Source of the DNA: Lama guanicoe
Lineage: Eukaryota
Assembly (NCBI GenBank): GCA_013239625.1
Contig: MU053629.1
Span: forward strand, 3,313,567 to 3,377,566
Reading direction: 5' to 3'
DNA length: 64,000 nt
In this document: piece after piece, positions 36,724-49,180 of the stretch
Position numbering within the stretch: position 1 is the stretch's first letter
Layout: every line of letters begins with the position of its first letter
Program-made: the position numbers and the translations under genes
Notes under the pieces: generated by a model
Told to the model about the DNA's origin: nothing
What the model saw: only the letters and a program-made list of their open reading frames with translations
Databases searched by the model: none

Positions 36724-37391
36724 GTGCCCAGTACTGTCATCATAAGTATCTCTGATGCAAGTAGTTTCACAGCACAACTAATTGGCCATAAGGGAATTTT
36801 GCTGTGAAAGATAAAATAACTGGCTCACTGTTTGGTTTGACTTATGGCAGATTTTTTTTTAATTGAAGTACTGTCAGTTACAATGTGTCAGTTTCTGGTG
36901 TACAGCACAACGTCCCAGTCATGCACATACATACATATATTTGTTTTCATATTTTTTCATTAAAGGTTATTACAAGATATTGAACACAGACCCTGTGCTA
37001 TACAGCAGAAACTTTTTAAAATCTATTTTTATATAACGGCAGATTTTTTTAATCTCGTAAAGAACTCACATCCCATATTAGATCCTGAATCTTTAATGAT
37101 TGACTTTGAGAAAGGAAGGATCATCACTTTCTCTAAGATCTATCCCAATACAACTATAACCATGAACCCACACACGTTTTAAATGTATTTAAATAGTTTT
37201 GTATTTTCATTTTTTTACAACAAAACCTTTAAAAATTTTTATTTACTTTTCAAATTTCATTATGTCCTTTTTAATGTCTTTTATTCTATTTTCATTATTT
37301 TATCTTTCATGGCAAAACTGTCTTCTGTCACATCAGTTGTGCGGTGAAACGGCTTGTGGCAAATATCCTTTCGGCAAAAATACTCAGAACC
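36724..37391. mobile_element. Non-autonomous DNA transposon with ~95-bp imperfect terminal inverted repeats (TIRs); family unassigned, MULE-like
   Basis: 36724-36819 is inverted-complementary to 37295-37391, e.g. ttttgctgtgaaagataaaataa vs ttattttatctttcatggcaaaa, and tttcacagcacaact vs agttgtgcggtgaaa. Candidate TSD ggaaaggc / agaaagga. Confidence 0.75.
36851..37037 (-). mobile_element. Short young L1 3'-end fragment with TSD
   Basis: Poly-T followed by the reverse complement of an L1 3' UTR. TSD ggcagattttttt at 36846 and 37038. Confidence 0.9.
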
Positions 37392-40300
37392 AGAAAGGAC
37401 ATGTGGCAAGGAACTGTGGGCGGCCTCTGGGAGTTGAGAGCCATTCCTGACAGTCAGCAGGGGAATGGGCCTCAGTCTTATGGCTGCAAAGAGCTGAATT
37501 CTGCAACAGTAGGAGGGAGTTGCAAAGTAGATCCTCCGCAGTTGAGCCTTTGATGAAATTGTAGCCCACTGACACCTAGGCTGTAGTCTTGTAAGACCCT
37601 GAGTAGAGGACCCATCTAAGCCATGACCAAACTCCTGACCCCAGAAACTATGAGATTTATGGCACTAAATTTGTTATACAGCAATTGAAAATAAAATAAG
37701 GTGAGTGTGAGCTGTGTGGACATTTGGGGAAGACAATTCCAGGCTGAAGGCACAGGTAGTGCAAAGGCCCTGAGGCAGGAGAGGAATCCCATGGAAGTCA
37801 GAATGGTGGACGCACAAGGGAACAACTGCGGAATGTGAGGTTGAATGATGTGACTGATGTGGAGGTTTTGTTTTTAGTGTGACAGATATTTTTGTTAAGA
37901 CAACCCCTGTGAATAATGACAAGGCATATTTTCAGGTGTGAATTTTAAAAATACAATCTACAAAAACAACTAGGACAGACATATGTATTCCCAGAGCGAA
38001 TGTTCCCCGAACCGTAGTTAGGGAGGTAAACAGGCACCCTAAAGTCACTACCGCAAAATATCACTTTCATTCAAATACTAATAAGTTACATAATTTCAAA
38101 CTAATGGCTTTGTACCTAGATAAACTGATACTTTGGAAACACTCCAGGACATGCTTGGAGCTTTAAATATCATTTCTAAGTAGCTTCTGGAGGTTTTGAG
38201 CAGAAAAGGGACCTGATCTGGTCCATGTTTAGAGTCCATGCTGGCTGCTGGGTAGAGAACCAGCTGTAGAGGGGAAGGTGGATGGATACAGGGATCAGGC
38301 TGGGGGCGCTACCCTAGTCTTGGTGAGCAATGAGAGACCTTACTGCTGGTCCCTTTCCAGCAACAGGCCCTGGCTGGTCTCTGGTGGGCCCCTGCGGTGG
38401 CCTGCAAAGGTTGAGGAGATGACACAGCCTGGTCCTCGTCCTCAGGGAGCAGAAGCTCCAGGCCACAGCTTCAGCCCCAAACCAGGTTGCAAGCTCGTGT
38501 ACTGAGTAAGCACCTACTGTGTGCAAGGCCTGTGCCACAGGCCACAGTTCCTCATTTCAGTTTTTTTGGTTTGGGTTAGGAGGACCCCAGAATGGGCTTG
38601 GAGGAGCCTTTCTTGATTAACCTCCAAACTTACAGTATTCCTTAGCCTGTAAGCGCTCCATGCGTGAAAGTTCTCCGTTAAATCTGCACCAGTCAGATTA
38701 AAATCCACAGAGGAAAGGGTTAGAGGGAGTAAAACAAATACTTTTTAAGAACCCAGCACTTGTCAGACCCTGTGCCGGGAGCATTTACTCCTTAAACGAA
38801 GCACAGGAGTGATGTGACTTCATTGTTTTCTAAGTGAGGAAACAAGCTCAGAAAGGTCAAGTAACCGGCCTGAGGTTGCACAGAAACTGTCAACGCCACA
38901 GTTGGGATCTGAACCCAGTCTATCTGTCACCAAGGTCCATGTTCAGAACCCACCACCATCCCAGCCACCCAGCGCTGTGATGAAATACCATTGCAAGAAA
39001 ATAAAACACATAAAACTGCATAAAACAACTCCAAACCCCACCAATAACCCACTTTCCCCAAGCAACACCTAGGGCGACAGTATTCCATGACAGTGAATGA
39101 ATCAGAACGTGTCTTAGGAGGGTACGGGGTTTGTGAACCGATGTATTTATCTGAAGTACTATGATTCCATTGTCTTACAGCAGGGTCCAGACTCCCCCAT
39201 CAGACTGGGAGCTCTGTGAGTCAGAGCCTGGGGCTCCCACACCAACCTGGGAGCTTCTGGAGGGACCATCCCCTCCTTCTAAGGCCCCTTCCCCTGGACC
39301 ACGTCCCAGCCCCATCAACCAGGCCCCATCTACTAGCCCTCACTGACTGGGCCGCGTGCACACACAGACCCCGCAGGTTTTAGAAGCAGTCACAGCCGAT
39401 CGAGGCAAGAGGAGAAGCAAATACGGCCATGGGTGAGGCAGGAGGGGGACGTGCCTGCTGTCGGAACACACCCGGACCCCCCACCACAGCACCTGACGCT
39501 TTTTAGCCGTTGTCAGAAACAGAACTTAAAAATGAAAATTTGCAGTATACCAAGTAAGCTAGGAAATTATGGAACGTAAACTACCAGTCTATTTATAGTC
39601 TGTGATGGTTATAAAAAAATTTTAAAAGGTTACATTTATCTCCAAGACTAAAACAAAAAACAAACGGGAGCATGGCGGGCGCCCTCCCTTGTCGAGCCCT
39701 CCCAGCCCCCAAGTCAGCCCCCTCCCTACTTTGGTCCCCCTTGACTCTGCGTGTCTGGATCCAAGGCCTTGGCGCTGGGGTCCACACCGAGGTCAGGGGA
39801 TTGGTTAACTCGCTTCTAAGTGGCTTTTCCACAATGGAGTCTCACAGCAGCTCCCCTAAGAGAGCCTGGCCTGGGGCAGGTGGGCGTAGGTGCGGAGGCG
39901 AGGTGCCCTTGGAGTTCACTCCTCAGCAAACACGGCCCAGGTGGGAGGACACTGCCAAATGTGGCTTAATGGCCTCCTGCTGCTCTTTGCATTATTGATT
40001 GCAAACCCTGCTTAGAAGCTTGAAAATGAGATTTTTTCCCTCTATTGATTTTCTCGTCTTTTCCACTTGGCAAACACCAAGATTTCCCCTGACTTTTCAC
40101 TGCAAAGGGTACCTGAGGAAGGCACAGTGAGGTGGGGGGCCTCTGGGGTTCCCTTCATCTTCCTCAAAGGGACGTGGGAAACATCCTCCCAGGTGTCCTG
40201 CTGTAGAGGGGCTGGGGGCCAGCGATCAGGCACATGCCTCGGGGCTGGGGTGACCAGTAGGTCCTTACATTTTGCAAAGAGATACCCCTAGTTAATAGGA

Positions 40301-42653
40301 TTTGAGGTTAGAAAAAGCCATTTTATCTACCTCTCTTCCAGACAGTTCTGAACAGGGATCCACGAGGACAGTAAACCTGAAAGGAGGGGACTGGACAGCT
40401 CGGTGGGCCTTGGCCTCTGCCTAAGAACTTCCCAAACCCTAGGAAGACAATGCCGAATAGTTGGAGCCTGCAAAGTGGGGCTTCCTACAGCTCTGTTAAA
40501 AGGTCATGAGAGGCGTACCGAGGTCACCTCTCTGAGAGCAGGGGACTCGTGGGCAGGGGAGTGTGGCTCTTAGTGTCCCAGCACCAACACCAGAGCCTAC
40601 AGGACCATCTCCCTAGGCACTGACCCTTCCTTCCTGCTGCAGGCTGCCTCATCACCCACGCAGACCCTGGGATTCAGCCCAGGTCATGTGTGTATAGTAC
40701 TGTTGGAGGTCCAGAAGGAATCTCCAGGACTTCAAAATTTTTATGTGTCTACTTCAATGATAACTAAAAAAAAAAACAAAAAAAAAAAACCCAAACATCA
40801 ATGCCATGCAAAACTCAGATGACCACACTGTCACTGAGCACAGTGCTGCCCGCCCTCCCTGACCTCCGCCCGGTATCTCTTCGGGGTGGGACCCCACTCC
40901 GCCATGCTCCTGGCCTGCTCCCAAGTGGAGACCCCACTCCCTGTGGGTGCCAGTCTGAGACAAGCCTTTTGCCTTGTCCTCACACCAAACTCCAGTTACA
41001 GGAACTGCTCAGACCTCTAGACCCCCATGAGGCAAGGCCCTGCCATCTCCCTGTTAGGCTCCAGGGAGGGGCGGGGGTTGGGACGTCCCCTTGGATGATG
41101 CCTCTTCTGGACGTCGCTCCCAGGCAGCCCACCCCATTTTGAGCTGAGACTCAGCGTCATCCCACTTCCCAGGAAAAGTCAAGCCCCACAAACCAGCACG
41201 CCGCCATTGCCCTGCAGGGGAGCTGACATCATAGGATGTCCGGGGCCCAGCAATCAGGAGGCAGTGGAGGCCCCCGGGAAGGAGAGGTGCTAACTGCCTG
41301 CCGCCCTGCAATTGACCCCAGTTGCCACCCATGTATGAGGGTGGAGCAGGGGGTCCCAGGTGGAACAACCAGCTGGGTGATCTTGGTAACTCTCTGGGCT
41401 TCAGTGTTCTCATCTGTAAAGTGGGAATATTATTCCTCACTACTTCATAGGTTTGAGGTAAGGATTAGACGGGTTACTACACAGTGTTTAAAACAGTGTC
41501 TGGAACACAGCCAGTGTGTGAAGAATGAAAGCTATCACTCACACAGCGGGGAAGCTGAACTGGATGGATCTATAAAGCTTCACCCAGGTCTCATGTCTGA
41601 TTAAACCTCAGAGAGGCACGGATCTACAGTGCTCCTGCAGCTTCTGTTACTCTCACAACCGCCACCAGCAATAATGATGCTTAACACCTCTGTAAAGTGC
41701 GTTCACATCTGCCGTCTCACCTGTCACCTCACTAGAGCTCAGAACAGCCCTGTGAGAGAAATATGAATGTCTCCACTTTACAGATGGAGAAACTGAGGCC
41801 CAGAGCAATTACAGCCTTGCAGCTGTTTGAGAGCCAGTGAAGGGACCAGAATCGAGCTCTCCTGGGGGCAACCCCGCACTCTTTCCTATCACCTCCATGG
41901 CATCCTACCTGTGACAGGTGGGAGCATGTGCCTCTGGACAACAGGACCTGTATCACCTGAGCCTGGAGGGGCCCCTTTTCCACTTACTGAAGTTCCCAGT
42001 GTAGGGAGGGCTGCCGTCAAATAGGCTTTTATAGCTCCCATAACCGCTCTAACAAATGTCTTTCCAGCAGCAGGGGCTGGAGGCAGATTAATGTCTCCGT
42101 GGCCCTAACACTTCTCCAGCCCCCTTGCCTGTCAGGTCATTACTGGCTGGTTTATAGTCATGAGGCCCTTTTCTAGTTCGCTAAACGGTTTGCATGATAA
42201 GGAGCCCACAGGGTCCGAGCATTCAAGTTGCCTTTATTCCAGAGACAGGCAGGGACCTGTCCTCCTTTCCAGTGTCTTGGGGCAGCTGAAGGTATGTGCC
42301 GTTAGGAGCATGCACTCTGGAATGGAAATGCTGATGCCACCATTTACTGGCTGTGTGGCCTTAGGCAAGCTGCTCCACTTTGCTGAGCCTCAGTTTCTTC
42401 ATCTCTAAAATGGGAATAATAACACTTTTTGATGATCAAGGGTGCCAGTTTATGTAAAGAACTTGGTACACAGTTAGTACTCGGCCAGGATGAATTATTG
42501 TCATTATCCTTATAAACTGCAAGCCCCAAGAGGGCAGGGACTCTTATCTGTTTATTGCCTGGTACATAATAAGTACCTGATAAATACATCTTTGATGGAC
42601 AAATGAAAGGTGGAATTTTAGAGCAGGATGAACCCTTATATATTTATAGAATG

Positions 42654-42867
42654 CAGGATTTCTTTACAGTGGTATCAAAATTTGGGCTATGAGAATGCTT
42701 CGTTGTGGGGGCTGCTCTGCGCACTATAAGATGTTTAGCAGCAGCCCTGGCTTCTACCCACTAGATACTGGTAGCATCCTCCCCACCAAGCGTGCCAACC
42801 AAAAATGTCTCCAGACGTCGCAAAAGGTCCTCAGAGGCAACCCAGCCCTCTCCATTAAGAGCCACTG
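42654..42867. mobile_element. MER20 hAT-Charlie MITE
   Basis: ttgtgggggctgctctgcgcactataagatgtttagcagcagccctggcttctacccactagat...caaccaaaaatgtctccagac. Confidence 0.85.
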
Positions 42868-43964
42868 ATCAAGTGAAATAGAATGTCTTCATGTGAAAAA
42901 TGTGGCAGCTGAGGCCCAGAGAGGGAAAGTGACTTCTAGAAGTTACACAGCAAGTTAGGGGCAGGGCTGGGATTCAAATCCAGGTGTCACAATTGCTCCT
43001 TCCACTATACCCTTGTCTTCGATGGCTCATTGGTAGAGTCCCTCCCATCTGGCTGTGGTCATGGGCTCCAAACCAAAAGAGACCAGTTGCTGCTGGGCTG
43101 TTCTTCAGTCCTCCTGTAATGGAGATGCTGGGTAGCCAGTTGTACCAAGTCCCCTGCCCTGGTGACAATGCACGGGGCACGGCCACCTCTGTGGTCAGCC
43201 TGCTCTTACAGTGTCCCTCACTGAATTCACCCACCAAGCATGGGCACCTGCTATGAGCCAGGGACTCACTTGGCTGAGAGTCACCAGGGATGGCAGGTGC
43301 TTGATCGCTGGGGCTCCAGCATCAGACAGCCTAGATCCAGTCCTGCTTTTCAAGGCCCCTCGACCTGTCTCGACATCAGCTTGTGCATCTGTGAAATGGG
43401 AATGATAATGGCACCAACTTAGAGATCCCAAGTACAAGCGTCCTTCACCATCCACGTACAGTGGAGTCAGAAAGGAAATTGTCATACTGAGTGTTTAATT
43501 CAAAACTTTACAGCAATTTCTCTGCTTCTGAATTTACCTAGAAGGGTTTGGATAGCGGGGTTCTGTACCAGCGATAACAGCTCTGCCACGAGGATTACAC
43601 GAAGGACCAGCATTTACGGAACACTTTGTCAAGGCATGTGTAGCGCCTTATTTACATGTAATACCTTATGCAACTCACGTGACAACTCCCCAAAGCAGCC
43701 ACCATTTTACAAAAGAGGAAATCAAGGCACAGAGAGGTCATATAACTTGTCCAAGGTCCCACAGCTGGGACAACGGTGAAGCGAGAGTCTGCTCTTAGCC
43801 CTAACAGGGTAAGCATTTAGCCCAGCCTTGCTGTTGCTACTATTATTATTGTTATTATAATATTCTGCTAAGTGATGAGAAGGTTTGATGATCCTGTCTT
43901 TAAGGCATTTATTACTTTTCATGGGAGAGAAACACTTGAGGCAAAATATTCTAATGTTGTAAGA

Positions 43965-44178
43965 CAGGAATCGTCAAAGATTTTCTACAAAGGGCCAGAC
44001 TATAAATATTTTTTGCTTTGCGGGTAAGATAATCCTTGTCACAACTAATTAACCCTGCCATTGTAGTGAGGAGGCGACATAGATACTCAGAAACAAACGG
44101 GCATGGTGATATTCCAATAAAACTTTATTTATAAAAACAGGCAACGGAACAGACTTGGCCCGGGGCTACAGCTTCTGG
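43965..44178. mobile_element. MER58A-like MITE, opposite orientation to the copy at 17085
   Basis: ttttctacaaagggccagactataaatattttt...ttccaataaaactttatttataaaaacaggc. Confidence 0.8.
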
Positions 44179-47100
44179 TTTTAAGAGAATTATTTTAATT
44201 AGGAAGAGCACCCGGGCCCCTCTCTCTCTTTTCGCAAGCCCGGGGGAACTGACCCCAGAGGTCTGGGGAGGACATTCAGGGAAAGATCAGGGTAAAAGGC
44301 ATTCATTCATCTGGGCTCTGGGGCAGTGAACAGCACATCAGAGGGTCAGCCCCAAGGCCTTCCCCACAGGAGGGCAGGGCCTGGGAAATCCAGCTTTGGC
44401 CAAAGAACTTGGAAACTTCAGGTTTAGAAACGGTGCCTGGGAATTAAGGGAACTGTGTCAGGCTTAGCTGTCCCTTCAATCGGAGCTTGCGGCGGGCGGT
44501 TGGAGAGCTGGGCTCTGGAAACTTCCAGGGCATCCTTGCCCGGGATGCTACCTGCTACACTGCTAACCTCAGCTGCCCACACCCACCCTGGCCGTGGGAA
44601 AAGAGCATCGCTAAGTGTTAGGGGATCAGCACTGAGCAGGCACAAATGGCGTCGGCGATCCTCAGTGTGGAGGTTTATAACCTCGTGTCTGACAAGGGGC
44701 TGGCTCCGGGAGTCAGGTGTCTTTGTAGAACACCATTTATGAAGTTGCTGCAGAGCTAACTAGACGATTCTGGGCTAAGATGAATATCATCTTACACAGG
44801 CACGCGCTTTCAAATCAATCTGCTGGGAGACCTTGACAACTCTGCTTCATCTGTAGAGGGAGAATCATCTGCAAGGCTGTCTGGGAGGATTAAATGAGAC
44901 CCACGTCTGTGAGCGGCCAGCCTAGAACCGGCCACGAAGTAGGAGTTTAGCAATATTCCACCCCTTTCCCTAAGTTTCTGTGTAGTCAAACAGCTGTAAA
45001 AACCAAGGGTTATTGAAAGGTTTTGAAAAGAAAAGCAGAATTGAGAGAAAACTACACATTAGCTTGACCACCCCTCCCTCTCCCCCCAAGAACTAGGAAA
45101 AGATGGCTGTCACTCACTTCAGCTGCGGCATCTCTTGATATGATTTAGTGGCCATGGTGGCTCACATTGCTTGTTCTATTCTGTGCTAAGCACTGCATGG
45201 GCACAGAGTAGGGGAGATATAAACCTCATGGAATTGCCCCCTCCCTCATCACCCTCCCACCACCGCCCTGTACACAGGCATAAGAAAGCACCTACAACAC
45301 TGTCCTATGCGAATTCACTTGCCTGTCTGCTAGATCCCATGTTCCTGAAGGTCAAGGGCTGCCTCTTACGACCTTGTCTTCCCAGGACCTAGCTTACAGC
45401 CTGTGCTCGGGGAATTCCCACAGTGAGACACAGCGCTGGCCTTTGAAGCCATCAGTCGGTCAGCTTCCAAGCTGCATGGAAAGTCATTGCATTTCTCGAC
45501 TGTCCTCTGGGCATTCTGGCTGTGACTGACTCGGGAGACATTTAGAGCTGAGAGCCAGCGCAGAGAAGTCTGTCCTGCTAATCTTTATTTGCTTAGCAAA
45601 TGGTATTGACTCATGAAAGAGGGTTGCTCATTTCAACAGCAGATTCGCCTATGTGGTTCGTGCCCTCCCCAGAGAAGTCCCGAAGCAGCATCGGAGACCT
45701 GTCATCTCCCCTGATCTGGACCACCCAGGGCTCCTACTTCCCAATCAGAGCTGTGACCCAGAGCCAAAAGACACGCAATGCAGAAATGAGGGGAAACCTC
45801 AGGGATTTCCTTCGGCGGCAGCAACAGTAAGGAAAAAACAATTCACATCACTCCTCCTGCTGCCAATTATTCAAAGAAAGCTGGTTACAACTCTGAGTTC
45901 CTCCCTGCCCGGAATTCTTTTGCTGATGAGGCAACGTGTGTCGTCTGCTTCTTACACTCCAAGAATCAACTCGGCTCACTTGGGTAATTAGCAGGACACG
46001 CGCACCCAGCCAGGACCAGCACCCGAAGGAATCAACGAGCACCATCAGGGCCCAGTGCCATCCGCAGAGCCCAAGTCCTGTCAGATGCGCTCCGGCCTCC
46101 AGGAGCCGGTCCCTGCTCATCCCAGCTGGAAGGGGCCTGAGCCTTCTCCAAGCTCTCAGCCCCATGCCTGTGGCCCTGAAGCACCCTGCTCTGGAGATAC
46201 TTGGGTGGCTGTGCCATCACACCTAGTAGACTGAAGGCACTGTGTGGGTAGGAACTTGCTATCCATCCATAAATCCTCAACAGAGCATGGCTTAGCAGCT
46301 GTCCTCCATGCCAGAGGCAAATTCTGCTGTTCCAAGCTCTGTGAAGACACACACTGTGTCTCGTTTATTTCTGTCTCCCCAGCACCTAGAACAGGTACAC
46401 AGTAGTAGGCACCCAACATGAATGTATTAAGTCAGTGAAAGGTACTGCTAGGTGAGTGAATGAATGAAGGGTGAACACAATCAGTGCTACGTCTGCTTCC
46501 CCTGAGCCGTCTCCCTGCTGGCTCTCAGGAAAACCGAAGGTAGGTGTTCACCTCTGAGCTGCTTTTTCAAGCCACGCAGTACTTAAAGAAGTTATCCTTA
46601 GACCCCCGGTCAAACTGCAGAGCCAGGGCCCAGGAAGGCGGCCCTCTTGCCCCAGCAGGAGGACTAGGACCTCATCTTCCTGACCTGCCATGCCCCTCTG
46701 TCTCCAGCTCCTCCATCTCTCCCTGTTCTATCCACCCTTTGATTTAAGGTGGCAACTCGTCCAAGGAAACAGCAGAACCTTAATAAGAAATTGGCCAGGG
46801 CTGATGGATGACACAAAGTTGGCACCCGCCTCAAGGTCGGAGGGAGTTATTTTAAACTATTCAGATTTACTAGGAGAGCAGCAAGTCAGAGGAGGATTTA
46901 GGGGCTTGCCTCCTGGCAAAATATGTGGATATGTTCCTGAGCCATCAATGACAGACACTTCCTGCGCGGTCCACCCTGAGATGGATGGTGAGGCCTCTGG
47001 CGTGAGGAAAGTACTGGGAGTTGGTCAAATAAATCTGAAGTCTGGGATTGAAGCTGAGATCCCTGTCGGAGGATGGACGGTGCAGTAGGCTATGTCTAGA

Positions 47101-47739
47101 GGCAGCACCTTTCTGCAGCAGGCAAGCTGTCCCTGATCTCCTGCAGCCTCCGGGAGCCCAGCCCTTCTCAGCCCCAGTGATGAATTAGACCCACCTCTCC
47201 ACCCAATTTGTTCATCTCTGGCTGGGTGCTGCCATCAGGGGCGCACTTCACCATCTTAGCCGCAGTGCTCCATCCAGCGCAGGGGTCCGAGCAGCCCTGT
47301 CCTCTCTTTCCCGTGCAGACACAGGGCTTTCCGAAACTCAAGATTCTTCTCCTTTCCTGAGTGTCTCGTTAATCCACCCCTGTCTATCCTTCAAGGCCCA
47401 TCTCAGTCTTCACCTCCTCCAGGGAGACCACCCTGCTTCTCCAGGAAGACACAGGCTCTGATCTCTGGATCCCGTTCTGCGGCATGCATGTTTACCAGCT
47501 TTCTACAGCCAAGATGGGAGGGCAGAGCCCGTGCCCCTCCTGAGCTCCAATTTTTCGCTTGTAATACTCACCCCACCTTCCTGCCTATTCCACATCACAC
47601 ACCTGGCGCTGTCAGAGCCATAGTAGGTCTTCCATCAACATCTGGGGAACCTGACTGAATGAAATGAGTACCTGTGTTTAACACCAACTAACATTTTTTT
47701 CTTCACATGAGCTCGGGTGCTGGACAGGTGGAGAAGCCT

Positions 47740-49180
47740 TTTCTTTCGCATGTGGAATATTTCAAGCCTATTTTAAAAATTCATTTATTTGTTTGTTTAT
47801 TTATTTTAGCAGGGAAGTAATTAGGTTTACTGATTTACTTTTCAATGGAGGGACTGGGGATTGAACCCAAGACCTCGTGGCTAAGCATGCGCTCTACCCT
47901 CCCCCTCCTATTTTAAAATGTAGAGAAAATTGAAACATAAGAGTGTTCATCAAGCAAATCTTAATTTTCCCCATTTTTTTCTAGAGACATCTATCTCAGA
48001 ATAAAACATTACACGGCTGAAATGCCCCGTGCATCCCTCCCTGTCCCTTCCCCCTCTATCCCCGGGGGTAGCCTGGCTTGGGGGCTTACCATTGCCATGT
48101 CTGCTTTTACGTTTTTATTACATCTCAATGTACCCATAAATAACATATTCCTTATTTCGCATGTTTTTAAACTTTATATAAATGGTATGGTATGTATGTA
48201 GCTCTCTGCAACTTCCTTTTTTCACTCAATATTATATATTTGAGATTCATCCGAGTAGACAACTATAACGCGAGTTCATTCCTTTTAACTGCTGTGGAGA
48301 TCCCATTGTATGAATATATTAGAATTTATTCATCTCCCTCTCGAGAGACCTCTAGGTTACTTGCAGCTTTTTACCATTACAAACAATGATGCACGGATGC
48401 CCGCGTTCTGGAGCAGAGTTTTCAAGCTGCAGATCAAAACCCAGAAAACAGTACAAAATCAAGGCAAAGGGTCACAACTACCATTTTAACACATTAAATA
48501 GAAGACCGAATATATGTTATGTATATGCAAGACTGGGACGTTGTGTTGTACACTAGAAATCGACACACTGTAATTAACTGTACTGCAATATAAATAAATA
48601 AATTAAATTAAATTGAAAGCTAAAAAACCCCAAGAGATTTAAAAATAGTGTGTGTGTATGTAGGTGTTAGGACACAATATGACATATGTTTCTTAATCTA
48701 GGTTGTGACAGAAAAAAATGTTTGCGAACCCTAATATGCTGGGGTTGATACTGCTTTCAGCTTTATTTAAAATTATTAAATTGCTCCCTGACATGATACT
48801 GCCAATTCACACACTCACCAGCAGCATCTAAGTGGCCACATTTGCCTACATCCTTACTAACACTTGGTATTATCAGAAATTGATGTCCCCCAATTTGTTG
48901 GGCGTGACAAGATGGCATCTCTTAGTTTTAACTTGAATTTCCTTGATTACCAGAAAGGGGAACATCTTTTTACATGTCTTTTGCCCATCAGAAATATCCT
49001 TTTCCCCATCAAAATATCCCTTTCCTGTGAAGTGTATGTTTACATTCTTTGCTAGTGTTTGAATGGCTGATCTTACCGATTTATCGGATTAGAAAAAATA
49101 CTCTGGATGTTAATCCTTTGGGGATAACATGTGTTGCAAATGCCTTCTCCCAGGCTATGGCTTGCCTTTTCACTTAGCTT
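47740..49180 (-). mobile_element. Old L1 (L1ME-like) fragment, interrupted by a SINE, a hAT-Charlie-type MITE (~48413-48733) and a short L1 3' end (~48505-48615)
   Basis: ttttaaactttatataaatggta...ttttttcactcaatattat...gagattcatcc...cacactcaccagcagc...gaacatctttttacatgt...gttgcaaatgccttctcccag. Confidence 0.8.
47779..47906 (-). mobile_element. Vic-1-type SINE with an internal deletion in the A-box region
   Basis: Perfect 12-bp TSD cctattttaaaa at 47767-47778 and 47907-47918. Lacks the agctcagt segment present in the intact copies. Confidence 0.85.

Larger units (their letters stand above)
36326..37698 (+). mobile_element. MaLR solo LTR (MLT1E/F-like), split by a SINE and a DNA element
   Basis: cccttgggtgcaggctagacccgtgacttgcttc...gccacgctgtgagaaggcctatggag | atgtggcaaggaactg...gagctgaattctgc...actcctgaccccagaaactatgaga...ttgttatacagcaa. 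Confidence 0.8.
35365..38330. mobile_element. L2 fragments interrupted by nested insertions
   Basis: L2 motifs: cattcattcattc... at 35369, ttaattgagcacc...cttcctttctag near 35.9 kb, ggaagacaattccaggctgaaggcacaggtagtgcaaaggccctgaggcagg near 37730, ggaggttttgagcag...tgatctg near 38190. Confidence 0.75.

Noticed and set aside
43525..43555. Recursive splice site (minus-strand cccttctag|gtaaat; similar ones near 3870, 5325 and 32320)
   Set aside because: Either the pyrimidine tract or the regenerated donor is weak; none matches a full YAG|GTAAG with a long tract. RNA-seq saw-tooth coverage would be needed.
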